Source: Eledone cirrhosa (taxonomy: Eukaryota). Taken from it: 64,000 nt of DNA. The position numbers and the translations under genes were made by a program. A model generated the notes under the pieces. That model had not been told where the DNA came from, did no database searches, and saw only the letters and a program-made list of their open reading frames with translations. Shown piece after piece: positions 13,836 to 26,803 of the stretch; positions within the stretch are counted from its first letter, which is position 1; each line of letters begins with the position of its first letter. The stretch lies in NCBI GenBank assembly GCA_964016885.1, contig OZ024750.1, positions 15,686,001-15,750,000 of the forward strand, in the 5' to 3' direction.

Positions 13836-15411
13836 TAACAATAATGATTTATTTAGAGATTTTTAATTAATCTGGATGCAATTAAAATGCTATCTAAAGA
13901 AAACATATAAACCTTTAAATGAACTAGATATCACAGGAACAGTTTGTTATCTATATTACAAAAATAAACAAGTGGACAGTTTAAGGCAATAACAAGAAAC
14001 AATTTATAAAGATAAATGAATGCTTAATATAGTCATATGTTTCCAAGAAGAACCAATGGTTAATTAAAAAGCCCTTAATATTCAATATAGACCAATACCA
14101 GACTATGAAATTTGAATGATACTGGGACCCAATATTTGGTTAGAAATAAACAATACTAAAGAGAGAGAAGAAAAAAATGCCTCGATCCCAGCCCCCCAAA
14201 AACATTCATAATATAAAACCCTGAAGAAAAAAATTAACTCAAACTCTGGGTTGTATTTAAGGATGATGAGGATGCCTGGAATATAGATAGCTCCTTATTG
14301 CCAAATCTGGTTTTCTAATCATCAGAATTTGTCAGAACTATTAATTTATTAAGTCCTCCCAGAAATATACCAGTTTAGTTTAGCCATTGTAGAAAACCCA
14401 ACATATGAAAATATGTCAGGGACTTTGTCTTACAGTCTGATCCATATTGCTAATGGTGCTAAACCATGGTGAGTCCATTATGTTAGCCAAACGAGGGATA
14501 AAAAATACATTGGGTACAATTCTAGTCTATTGCAAGAAATTTTTTCTGGAAAATCTAATTGCTCACAGTTAGATGGGTTGAGGCAATGTGGAATTAAAGT
14601 AACCTGCTCAATGTAGCTCTTGCAACATTTTTGAACTCACATGTCAAGAGTATGCAGTCCAATACCCAATCCACTTAGTCATTTCTGATTGCCAAAGTCA
14701 ATCAGAAATTCATCAATATTGTTTTGACTAGCACAGAAGCCCTCAAACTATCAAGACAAAACAAATTTTAAAAGATTGCCAATATTTTGACACAAAAGCA
14801 TGAAACATACCAAGCTAATGTACTGAAGATTTTTCAACATGGAAAAATTGCTGAGAAAAAAATATCTCCAAATATAAGGCAGCTGTCAAGATTTACAGGA
14901 ATAGCCTATACAAAAATTTTTCAATTTAAAAAAATTAATTATGTATTATTTGGGTGTGTGCATGTAACTGTGTTTATGACTGTTTAGTTGTGTTTCTGTG
15001 TAAGCAAATGTGCGTATGATCATGTATGTATATGTGAAACTGAAAACAATTTTACTTGGGCTTCATTAAAAAAATTCCTAATTGAAAATAAAAATATATT
15101 AAACCTCAAGTACTGTTATTTTTTTCAATCACATATACACACAGTTTATACATATATATATATGCATACATATACATACATACATACATACATACATACA
15201 TACATAGATAGATGTGTGTGTGAGATATCAGTGATACTAACAATTTTCCTTGGAATATATATCTCATTATTTCTTGAGAAGGACTGGACAAATATTTGAA
15301 TAATAATTCCAAGGAGGCATTTACTCACACCTAACACCCATATATATATATATAAGTAAACATACACACAAGAATGTATATATATATATATAAGTAAACA
15401 TACACACAAGA

Positions 15412-15475
<64 letters not shown>

Positions 15476-15649
15476 ATAGTGGATTGTGTAGTTTTTTCTG
15501 TAGTGTGTGTGGTTCAGGGCAAGGTTAGAAGAGTAAGCTATAGGGGGTGGAGGGGGGAAACGAGAATGTAATAAAATACAATAAACTAGATAAAACTTGG
15601 TTAGGTCAAGGTAGAGGTGTAGAAAGATGTAGATACACCAACACATTAT

Positions 15650-15769
15650 ATATATATATATATATATATTCATTCATTTGTGTGTGAGTGTATATATACA
15701 TACACATATAAATATGCACATATATATATATACATACACATCTATATGTATAACTGGGTATTTTTGTAT

Positions 15770-15864
<95 letters not shown>

Positions 15865-15881
15865 AATATATATATAAATAT

Positions 15882-15912
<31 letters not shown>

Positions 15913-15921
15913 AATATAAAT

Positions 15922-15960
<39 letters not shown>

Positions 15961-15975
15961 AATATATAAATATAT

Positions 15976-16028
<53 letters not shown>

Positions 16029-16063
16029 AATATATATATATATAAATATATATATATATAAAT

Positions 16064-16118
<55 letters not shown>

Positions 16119-16133
16119 TATATATATATAAAT

Positions 16134-16230
<97 letters not shown>

Positions 16231-16249
16231 AATATATATATATATAAAT

Positions 16250-16280
<31 letters not shown>

Positions 16281-16281
16281 A

Positions 16282-16314
<33 letters not shown>

Positions 16315-16541
16315 GCTATAAAAACAAAGCTTGAAACCAATGGTAAGGAAGGATGCACAGTAAGTAGATTATTGAAAACTTAAAGAATAAATAAAAAGGA
16401 TGACTGACAGAAAAAAGAATTAATAAATAAAACAATACAAAAACAGTTTCTGTTATCAGAACTTTCTCAAAGACATAATCCAACAACTCTTCATTTTCAA
16501 CACGCTACAGTAAATGTGTGCGTGAGTGTATGTGTGTGTGC

Positions 16542-16610
<69 letters not shown>

Positions 16611-16712
16611 AATATTTATTTATACATATATATATGTATATATACATCTATATATATATATATATGTGTATGTGTATATATATATATATATATATACATC
16701 TATATATATGTG

Positions 16713-16768
<56 letters not shown>

Positions 16769-16982
16769 TACATGTGAATATATATATATATATATATATA
16801 CACACATCTATATATATACACATCTATATATATGTATATATATATATATACATCTATATATATATATATAAATATTCACATGTATATATATATATATATA
16901 CACACACATGTATATATATATATACACACACACATGTATATATATATATATACACACACACACACATGTATATATATATATA
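15650..16982. repeat. Very long (TA)n-based microsatellite field downstream of the HR4 stop codon
   Basis: Direct reading; it explains the poly-IY ORFs. Confidence 0.97.
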
Positions 16983-17421
16983 ACCTTCAACTGTTACACA
17001 TGCCTCATTGTATGTATACCCGTGTTTGTAAAACAATGTACATTTCTATTTTCATTCTGTTTTTTTGTCATTTTCTTTACAATTTTGAATTACTGTTATT
17101 TCTTTAATTTTCTTCTTCCTTCAGAATCTTATAGAACCCAGTTCCTTCTTCAAGGCATATTGAGGGTAAAAGAAAAAAGAAAAAAAAAAAAAAAACTGGA
17201 ACTGATGAAATGGAGTAATTTGGTGGTTTTTATTTGCTCAGTACTTTTGATAACTTGGCTTCAAAAACCAGACTGTGATTAATACCAACATTCACATGTG
17301 TGTATTGGTGTTGATGTATGGTGTGACATGTAGGAACGGAGAGATGGAACATGTAGGGGAAGAGAGTTCATAAGAAAGAACTTTCAGGAAGTGAAAAAAA
17401 AAAAAAAAAAAAAAAACTCAG

Positions 17422-17621
17422 CTATGATGTTAATAGGAAAGGAACATATATCATCTTGCTTTTCAACAAGAGTGCTGAGGCAGACTGGATCTCAGGTAGG
17501 CGCAGCAGAAGCTCACCAAACCTGTTAGGTTCATCAGAATGGTGAACTGCAATGTACTGTTGCAGAGCACATGTGTATCTGTCTTGAACTATCTCTACTT
17601 CTTTCACCGGCATTGTTTGAT
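17422..17621 (-). CDS. HR4: HR4 last coding exon: LBD C-terminus and stop codon
   Basis: ttctttcag|AT CAA ACA ATG ... TCA TAG; its phase matches the preceding exon; encodes [14 protein letters not shown]...YVPFLLTS*. Confidence 0.94.
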
Positions 17622-19316
17622 CTGAAAGAATTGAAGAAAATAGAGAAACAATAAAAATAATTTCCAAACAGAAATAGTGGAGCTCGTACAAATCAATCAA
17701 TATTAGTTTAATTTATTTACTTTAGTAGCAGGTATGATACAGTCTTTGCATGACTAAGTCATCATTATCATCATCATCATCATCATTGCTTTTACATGCA
17801 TTTTTACTATGTTTGTATGGGTTGGATGAGACTTTTTGAGGCCCTTGATAATAATAAAAATTGTTTTTACTTTTGGCACAAGGCAAGCAATTACCCCAGT
17901 GTATTACTGGTGCTTTATTTTATCGACCCTGTAAGGATGAAAGGCAAATTTAACCTTGGTGGGATTTGAACTCAGATCATAAAGGGCCGTAACTCAATGC
18001 TGCAGAGCATGGCGTCCGATGCTCTACTGATACTGCCAATCCACCGCCCTAACCACCTTTGATAATAATGGTTTCTTATACAGGCACAAGGCCAGCAATT
18101 TTTGGGGAGGGGAAAGTCGATTAAATCGACCCCAGTGCATGACTGGTACTTTATTTTATCGACCCCGTAAGGATGAAAGGAAAAGTTAACCTCAGCGGGA
18201 TTTGAACTCAAATCATAAAGGGCCGTAACTCTATGCTGCAAAGCATGGCGTCAGACCTTTTATTGATTCTGCCAATCCACCGCCCTTATAATGATAATGA
18301 TAATATCTGTTTCTACTTTTGGCACAAGGCCAGCAATTATCCCAGTGTATTACTGGTACTTTATTTTATCAACCCCCGTAAGGATGAAAGGCAAAGTTAA
18401 CCTCAGCAGGATTTGAACTCAGATCATAAAGGGACGTAACTCTATGCTGCAAAGCATGGCGTCTGACCCTCTACCGATAACTGCCAATCCACTGCCCTAC
18501 TATTGTTTATAATAATAATAATGATAATAATTTAAGCAAAACTTACTATGATTTAATAACAGCACAACTTGTAAACAGACATATTCTTGCTTTGATAAAT
18601 TCATATTGACAAAGGCAGCCATAACATGAGTTATTTTCTCGACAATCTCACCAATTTCATTGGTCAGCTCCTCCAAAGTGAAATATTTCTGAAAATTTTT
18701 ATTCAAATATTGTGCAAGTTTTGACATATTCCACCGATAAAGATCGCCAAAAGACATAGCAGTTGGTTTAGTAGTGACCAAGGCTCGGTGAGCTGTTGTA
18801 ATCAACAGTAAAAGTTCATGCCATTTTTCAGTTAGGATTTGTTGATGTATTTGTAAAGGTATTTCACTATAGAATGGCAACTGCCGAGTCCATTTAACCA
18901 GCTTGTTAACAATGCTATCGCCAATTTTGTAGAGAGTGTTTGAGACAATATCATCATTAATCAACTCATCTAATTTACAGGCATCAGCTATGTCTAAGAG
19001 ACAATCGCACTGTATAAGTTCATTGATGAGCCTCTCAAAGGGCAGCATGGGAGATGCTGGCATCAGGGATAATACCTGTGAAGGGGAAGTTGGAGAGAGC
19101 TGTGATTGGGAATGAGGAGACATTTGTGAAGGAGGGGGTTTGCTCGGGTGAGGCTGTGACCTGATTGTCTTTAAGTGCTCAGCATGATACTGTGGCATAT
19201 CATGGTTTTGTAAGGGTGGTTGCTGATGGGAAGGAGAATGATGGTGGGACCGATGATGATGTTGCTGTTGGCTTTCATTCTGTTGTTGTTGTTGTTGCTG
19301 TTGTTGTTGCTGCTGC

Positions 19317-19354
<38 letters not shown>

Positions 19355-22300
19355 CTGCTGTTGCTGATGATGATGATGCTGTTGTTGCTGATGACTGAAT
19401 GATGACACAGTGCTGTAGTGAGCAACAAGGGCTGAACGAGATGCATTAAGTACGTTTCCGGTTGAACCGATGGGTATTTTCATCTGGTCCTTAATATCAA
19501 CGGGTTCCGTCTTGATGTTCATATCTTGGTCAACACTAATCTGGGCCACTTTCTGCTTGTACAGTTTAGCAGTTTGCTTTTTTCTCTTGTGCTTCTTGTA
19601 TTTCACCTGCAAATAATTGAGATTGTTATAATTAAAATACTGTCACTGAGTTATCCTAGTAATTCTATAGAAGTGACACAATACTGTTACAAACATCAAG
19701 AGTATTTAACTCTTTAGCATTTACATTATTCTATATATACTATTACATTTTCACAGTAAAGGCTTTATCTCACATAATATCAAACTATGAGATTTTGGTA
19801 TTATTTATTTTGAGAACAATACCATAACATAAGTATGAGCAGTCAGTTACAGCTGGTGTAAATAGAAAGAGGTGAGAAAATTCTGGCAGGATACAACTCA
19901 TTTAACACTTTAGCATTTACATTTCTGTATATATACTATTGTATTTTCATAGTAAAGGTTTTATCTTACATAATATCTCACATCATATTGAATCTATAAG
20001 TAGTGTACTGTTTCAATGTCACCACACTACTACCATGATATTACCAAATTACTTTGTAAATCGATAAAGAAACTCTACCCTTTCATTTCTACAATATACA
20101 GTATGGAATTTATCCAATAAAGTAAAATAAATTCAGCAATAAAGTCTGATATCACAGACAGATTGATGAAATTGTCAATTAAAAGTACATACACACCTTA
20201 TATAAGTTATAAACAGCTCCAGAATTACGACCACCGGGCATTCTATCTTCACGGACAGCTAAAGAATTAATAAAAAATGTTTGATTAGTTATGTATAATT
20301 TCCCCAAGATATTGTTATCATAGATATTAACATTTTAATTACATATAATTTTGAATTAGCATGTAAGTGGTTGAGTATTCCACATACACATGTACCTTTG
20401 AATTTCAAGTACAATCCACCCAACAGGCTTCCAAACAGTTTCCAGTTTGTATCTACTCAATTTGACTCACAAGACTTGGGTTAACCTAAAGCTATGGAAA
20501 AAGTCACTTGCTCAAGATGACACATGGTGGAATTGAAACCAGGACCTCATAATTACAAAGCAAATGTCTCAACCATTTAGCCATGTTGAATCCATACAAT
20601 TTTACAAGTATTACAGGTCAGAGACATTCATAATTGTCAAATCGTGTACTATTTACAGTTATTATTAGTATACAAGTTCTGTTAGTGAGTATTACTGAAA
20701 CAGCAGTAATTAAGTTAAAAAAAGTTAAAGTCAGTCCCAAGTCCGGAAGTTCAAGCTGATGCTTATCCCAGTTTTATCAGCGTTAAGTGACTGAAAGCAC
20801 AGGACTTCCCCCTGGACTGGATGCCAGTCCATCACAAGGTTAACCCCAAGGTACTCATTTTCAGCTGAGTATAATAGAATTGAATCCATGACATTATGAT
20901 TATAAGTCAAACACCCTAACTACTAGGCCACACACCTTCACAGTAGTAGTTGGTATGGTATGGTCCTGTAACTCCTGAGGGAGTCATAGAGGCACCATAG
21001 TGACATATGGTGTTTCTTGGGCATTTTAAGCTAGGCAGAGCTCATCCCTCTCCAGACCTGAACACGGCAGGTTTCTTCTGGAGAAGGATAAAAAGTGAGA
21101 AAGAGATATAGAGGAAGAATTGACCACAGTACTAGACTGGTACTTTTTTTTTTATCAACCTCAAAAGGAAGAGAAAGACATAGTAGTTAAAAAGGTCCAC
21201 TACTTACCAGCCAAAACCATTCCCATTTGTAAACATTTCTTGAAACGGCAATATTGGCACCGATTACGTTGCATCTTGTTTATCTCACAGTTGCCACTAG
21301 CAACACAGGTGTAGACCCGTTTGTTCTGCACTGTGCGTTTAAAAAATCCTTTACACCTTAAAATAGAAAGCAAAAGATAAAGAGGTTATTATTTTCAAAA
21401 ATATCTTTTTCAGGGTTTTAAACATCCACCACACAAAAATAAGGACTGAAACAGTCATAACTAATTCTCTAAGAGGGAGAGAGAGTGAAGCAAAAGTGAT
21501 ATAGAATAATCAGCCATCTCCTCTGCCTTCTCCCCATCATCATCATCGTTCAATGTCTGTTTTCCCTGCTAGCAAGGATTGCACATGTTGTCATAGACTG
21601 GTCAGTACTCAAGCAGAGCCTCTGACCTCCAGGTGTTCCATGGCCCAAACATACTATCCCATACTCTACTGAGTGCATTTTATCATGTCACCAGCACTAG
21701 CACTAGGGAGGTTGTCATGTCTTTGGAATAGCTGAAGAGTCTTAACATTTACTACAATAACATTATCTTGGTTAAGATTTAAAAGAGGTTTTGTAATAGT
21801 GCAAATTAATAGTAAAAGATTGGACGAAAGAGATGATATGAAGAAAACATCATCATCAGTTTTACGTTGACTTTTCCATGCTGGCACAGATTGGGAGAAG
21901 ACTTTTTAAGGCAATGTTTTACAGCTAGATGCCATTTCTGAGACCAACCTGCTTTGTCACCTCTTACAAGATGCAGGGATACAGTGTACCTATTCTCTAA
22001 ATTGGAAAAGGAAGAATAAAAGAGACAAAGAAGAAGAAAAAAGCTAAATAAAGTGTAGAAGATGAAGAAAATTGATAAGAAGATAAAAGTCTGACTCACC
22101 GTTCACATGTAATAATACCGTAATGATGATCAGTAGCTGTCATTACAAATGGTAAAAGTGATACAGAATCATCAGACTTATAACAATTATCATAATAACT
22201 TGATCTTGGTGAATATTTGAAGTAAGTTTAGGAAACAATAAGAATGTAAATTAACAGCAAATGGTTGAACGAAAGAGAAAGGAAGGAAGAAAGAAGACAA

Positions 22301-23209
22301 AAAAAAAGAAGAATAAAAGAAAACAAAGACAAACGATAAAAAGTGAAGAAGATGAATAAAATTGAGAAGAGAAGAGATAAAAGTCTGACTCACCCTTCAC
22401 ATGTAATGATACCATAATGAAGCCCAGTAGCTCTATCATTACAAATGGCACAAATCATTGGTTCTTCACAGTCACTATCACCTTCAGGGCTCTTCATATT
22501 ATTGCCATCTCTAGGACTGATACAGACATTATCTTCAAGAGTTGATGGTAAAGAGCTAGTGAAATACATATTAGATGGTGTACATCCTTTGTTCACGTGT
22601 GACAGGATGTGACCAGTGCTGTTTGGACCAGTCCCATTGTTATGAGGAGGTGCAGGGGCATGCCGATTATGGTTGTGATGGTGGTGGTTGTGATGGTGGC
22701 GATGCCCAGTATTCTGGCCATTACTTCCATTGATGCTGTTGCTGATGTTGTTGTTGTTGCTGGTGTCACTGTTGTTGTTGTTAAAGTTGCTGTTGGTACC
22801 ATTGTTGCTGTTACCACTAGTACTCATATCAATATTACAGTTAATACGATGGTTGCCATTTGCACCAAAATTCATTATAGTATTATTGACATTATTAACT
22901 GATGCCATGTACAAGTAATTTTCTGGATTGTTCTCAGCCATACTGCTGTTGTTACTGATGTTACTAATACTGCTACAACTGCTGTTACTGTTGCTGTTGT
23001 TACTAACCAGCCATGGTTTTTTACTGTCAACCATGTTCGGCTCATATTGTTCTTTCTGACTCGGGTTAACATATGGATACCGACAGATTTGGTAAGTAGC
23101 GCCACCTTGAGGAATTATGGTCTGGTTTGTCTTTAGATTGCCAGAGGTCAATGTAAAATGTTGTTGTGGTTGAGTTGCTACTTGCTTCAGATTACATTCT
23201 GCAGCTTGT

Positions 23210-23253
<44 letters not shown>

Positions 23254-24237
23254 ATGTTGTTGTTGTATTGAAGGTTCAATAACAAAATTTATGTGTGGGA
23301 TCTCAGTAACAGCCCCGCCATTATTGCCATTGGTGGGACTGTTGAACTGTTGGTTGGTGAGCAGTGTGGGCATTGTATAAATAGTTTGTGTTGAAGAGAT
23401 CCCTGTAGGCACTGTTGTCATCATTGGTATCATATTCACAGTTGTCATATTATCTCCCCTATTCTGATCTCCAATAATTTGTGGCTGAAAGACAAATCCC
23501 GAGGGGAAACCAACATAAGCTATTCCAAAAGGCATATTCACCGGGCCATTGTTGTTAATGCTATTACTATTAATGTTAATATTATTATCATTCTCATCTT
23601 CATTATTAAAAGAGCCACTAGCTTGATTGTTGTTCATAACAAGTAATGGATGGTTCACAATAACGTTGTTCTGGTTTTGAAGACTGCCAGAACTGCAGTT
23701 CCGATTGCCAATATCTCGATTCTGGTCAGGCTGACAGTTGCCCACATGATTTTCAGGAGTATTACACTTTTTTCTATTTTGAAAATTACTATTACTATTA
23801 TTGTTAATGTTCTCGTTATTCCTATTGTTATTATTGTTGCTGTTAGTAGTGGCTTCTACTTTAACTTTCAGAGTGAATTCTTCAAATTTTTGCTTCTCGA
23901 CAGCAGGAACATTGTTGCTTTTGTCAGGCAACGGCGCTGTATTCTGTTCGAGAAATTTCGACTTGTAGGTGTCCTCACCGGTTGCCTGTACAATAGAAGG
24001 CGAGCTGGAACTCTCGTGACTGGCATCACTGAATTGATCACAGTCAGAGACATAACCAGAACTCTCGCTGCCCATGCTACGGCGACTTTCATTGCTGGCA
24101 CAAGATTCTGTGTCACATCCAACAAGATCTAAAATACGACGTCTTTTCAGTTTCAGTTCACGATAAAGACTAATACCAGAGTTTTCCAAGTTATAAAACG
24201 GTCTTTTAAAAGTGGAAGACTCTGTTGTTGCCGTCAT
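17422..24237 (-). CDS. HR4: Nuclear hormone receptor HR4-like (NR6A group), spliced CDS of 5 exons, about 1104 aa counted from the ATG at 24237; the N-terminus may extend into upstream exons
   Basis: The assembled DBD reads [97 protein letters not shown]. The C-terminus [33 protein letters not shown] and the N-terminal LKLKRRR motif are HR4-typical. All four introns are GT-AG with consistent phases (1844+149+62+1060+200=3315 nt). Confidence 0.93.
17860..18498 (-). mobile_element. Three tandem SINE family A copies in the last HR4 intron
   Basis: Copies at about 17860-18050 (short), 18066-18286 (long) and 18308-18498 (short). Confidence 0.9.
18547..19606 (-). CDS. HR4: HR4 exon: hinge with polyQ/polyH and most of the ligand-binding domain
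   Basis: tttgcag|GTG AAA TAC AAG ... AAT CAT A|GTAAGT; 1060 nt; contains the LBD signature [33 protein letters not shown]. Confidence 0.95.
19706..20000. mobile_element. TTAA MITE plus partial second copy (intronic)
   Basis: Same body; the TIR recurs at about 19902. Confidence 0.75.
20197..20258 (-). CDS. HR4: HR4 exon: C-terminal extension of the DBD
   Basis: ttctttag|CT GTC CGT GAA GAT AGA ATG CCC GGT GGT CGT ... TAT AAG|GTGTGT; 62 nt; encodes [21 protein letters not shown]. Confidence 0.95.
20718..20940 (-). mobile_element. tRNA-derived SINE (related copy at about 53890-54170)
   Basis: Head TGAAGGTGTGTGGCCTAGTAGTTAGGGTG on the minus strand; body shared with 53890-54170. Confidence 0.65.
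21208..21356 (-). CDS. HR4: HR4 exon: end of P-box and zinc finger 2
   Basis: ttttaag|G TGT AAA GGA TTT TTT AAA CGC ... GTT TTG GCT G|GTAAGT; 149 nt; encodes [17 protein letters not shown]...CLQMGMVLA. It is too short for the ORF track. Confidence 0.96.
22008..22152 (-). pseudogene. Decayed intronic duplicate of the zinc-finger-1 exon end and adjacent intron
   Basis: Matches about 22307-22448 with donors 294 bp apart. It reads ..ICND[frameshift][11 protein letters not shown] followed by an intact GTGAGTCAGACTTTTATCT. Confidence 0.9.
22394..24237 (-). CDS. HR4: HR4 exon: long Asn/Gln/His-rich N-terminal (A/B) region plus most of zinc finger 1
   Basis: Acceptor tttctttgcag|ATG at 24237. ORF 22390..24243 ends ...[22 protein letters not shown]. 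Donor GG|GTGAGT (phase 2). Confidence 0.93.
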
Positions 24238-24933
24238 CTGCAAAGAAATAAAGAAACACTATAAATATATAAATTTGTATAAACCTATCTAACCCATGTC
24301 AGGATGAAAAAGAGGGAAAATATGATGATATATATATATATATCATATGTTTTACTTCGACTTTTTCATGCTGGCATGGGGTGGACAAAACTTTTTGAGG
24401 CAATGTTTTACAGCCAGATGCCCTTCCTGACACCGACCCTTTTACTTGCTTCTTACAACATGCAGGTATACCTATTCTGAACTGGATACACACAGTGATA
24501 TAGTGCGTTTATTATGAATCAGATCTATCAAATTATCTTTAACACATACGCTCAAATGTGATTGGCTATAACAGATCAATAAGTTAACATCAATGGTTAA
24601 TTTGTTGAGTGTAACTAGAATTTAGGTAATTTTTCAATGGAATTTCTTAAAAATGATATGCAATAAACAAAATGTCAGTCAAGCACTCCTTCACAAGACA
24701 TACCATCATTGTTAACTACAAGGGATCAGTCTGAAGCATTTGAGCGAATCTGTATCTCATGTGCTCTCTAGTGCTTACAGCTCCTGTAAATCTGCAGTAT
24801 ACAAAGTCTACATTTTTTATTAGCCTGCCTGTGATACAACTACATCTCTTGTGTGACCATAAGTTACACTGGATACAACGTATGGAATTCCACCATACTC
24901 TCCTTCTTTATTTATATATATCATCATCTTCAT

Positions 24934-25151
24934 TTAACCCTTTAGCATTTACATTACTCTATATATACTATTGTATTTTCATGGTAAAGGTTTTATCTTA
25001 CATAATTATCTCAAGTAATATCTATTCTATGAGAATTTGTTATTATTTATTTTGAGACCAATACCTTAATTCAAGTATGAGCAGCTGGTTGCACAGAAAG
25101 AGGTGAGAGAATTCTGGTTGGATACAGCCGGTTTAAATGCTAAAGGGTTAA
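24934..25151. mobile_element. piggyBac-type TTAA MITE
   Basis: TIRs and TTAA at both ends. Confidence 0.9.
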
Positions 25152-25643
25152 TGTCTGTTTACCCTTCTAACAAGGATTGGACGGGCCATCAACAGTCTGG
25201 GTTAGTACAGTGGGTAGGGAGACTGCATCTCATTTACATCCCTGCACCCTACAGAGTGCTCAGAAGAGATGGTGCCCCTCCAACTTGTTTACATATGATC
25301 TTATGTACTTTATCATGACAGCAGCACTAGTCAGGTTGTTATTGTCCTTGACACAGCTAAAGAGTCCCCTCAACCAATTGTTTAGTTGGATTTCTATAGC
25401 TGGGTAAGTCTCCTATCACCAACAACTTTACAGAGTGTACCAGGTGCAAATATTGTGTAAACACCAATACTAGGCGGGTTAGCTGAAAAGTCGTCCATAG
25501 ACAGATTAAAGTGAAGTATTTGCCAGATTATGTTGAAAGGAGGGATTAAAAGATTAACTACGGTTATTTAGATTACTGGTGCAACTTTAAATGAGATCAA
25601 GAAAAAAAAAAAAAATGGAAAAGCAAAAAAGGTTTTAACTTAC

Positions 25644-25697
25644 ATTTGCAGATCGATGGGTAGAATAAGTTAAAGTTTCACAATTTCTCTCACAAAA
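25644..25697 (-). CDS. Candidate upstream 54-nt HR4 exon (FCERNCETLTYSTHRSAN)
   Basis: Long pyrimidine tract plus CAG acceptor, GTAAGT donor, 18 open codons, phase 0/0, in frame with the exon starting at 24237. Confidence 0.6.
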
Positions 25698-25903
25698 CTG
25701 TTGACATCAAAACAGGGCAGAAATATCAGGATGAGATGAAAAAGAAGAAAAAAATTAAGAAAATTAAATCAACTGAATGATTTTATAATCAAAATAAATG
25801 AAAAAAATGTTATCCTAAAATAAAATTTACATGCGAGAGAAGCTAAACTATGCCAGTATGGAAGGTTATGATAAATAATAATTGTTTCTTATGATAAATA
25901 ATA

Positions 25904-26075
25904 ATGGTTTCTGATTTAGGCACAAAGTCAACATTTTGGGACGAGGGAAAAGTCGATTACATCGACCCCAGTGCATTACCGGTATTTTATTTTATAGACC
26001 CTGTAATGATGAAAGGCAAAGCTAATTTCGGCAGGATTTGAACTCGGAACGTAAAGGGACATAACTCTATGTCGC
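25904..26075 (-). mobile_element. SINE family A copy, truncated
   Basis: Shared core sequence. Confidence 0.8.
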
Positions 26076-26595
26076 GAGTGGCAAATTCATTCAAATAAAC
26101 CAAGAGAGATAGAGAAAAAGATAGATAGAAATAACTGAGTTGAATTTGGTGGGATTTGAATTAAGAACCAAGATGAACAAAATATATCCTATAATGTATA
26201 ACTGACATCTTTTTACTTGAGACAAAGTGAAGATATCAATTTATGATTCTATTGTTTACACGTGAAAGTCATTAGAAGAATGTGTTGTGAAGATTAGGCC
26301 TTTGTAAGGCAATATCTCTTGAAGGATGAAAAGCAAAGTTGATACTGATAGGTTTAGAACTGATAACATAATGTAACGTAACTAAATAATATAATTAATG
26401 TTGTACCCTGAAATACTTGTGTCAAGAATCTTGGTTTTTAGATACATCTAAAGACAATTGTTATTATTGGGAGTCGGGGTATATTATATATAAATATATT
26501 GGAAGGCAAAAGAACTGGGAGTCAGTGCCATGGGATTGAATGATAAAGTGAAGCAACAAAATGTATTCCCTCTTGATTCCCAATTGACTTTGTCA

Positions 26596-26803
26596 TTAAC
26601 CCTTTAGCATTTGCATTACTCCTTATATGCTATTGTATTTTTGTGGTAAAGTCTTTAACTCACATAATATTGAATCCACGAGATTATTTATTTTGAGAAC
26701 AATACCTTAACACCAGCACGAGTGGCTGGTTACAGCTCGTTTGAACAGAAAAAGGTGAGAAAATTCTGGTTGGATACAGCCGGTTTAAATGCTAAAGGGT
26801 TAA
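26596..26803. mobile_element. piggyBac-type TTAA MITE
   Basis: TIRs and TTAA at both ends. Confidence 0.9.

Noticed and set aside
15106-17282. Many ORFs rich in I/Y/C/V/H/T
   Set aside because: They are translations of (TA)n/(CA)n microsatellites, which lack stop codons. The same applies at 46926-47327, 32332-33133 and 36457-36708.
22609-24132. Antisense and alternative-frame ORFs over the large HR4 exon
   Set aside because: They are shadow ORFs of low-complexity coding sequence.
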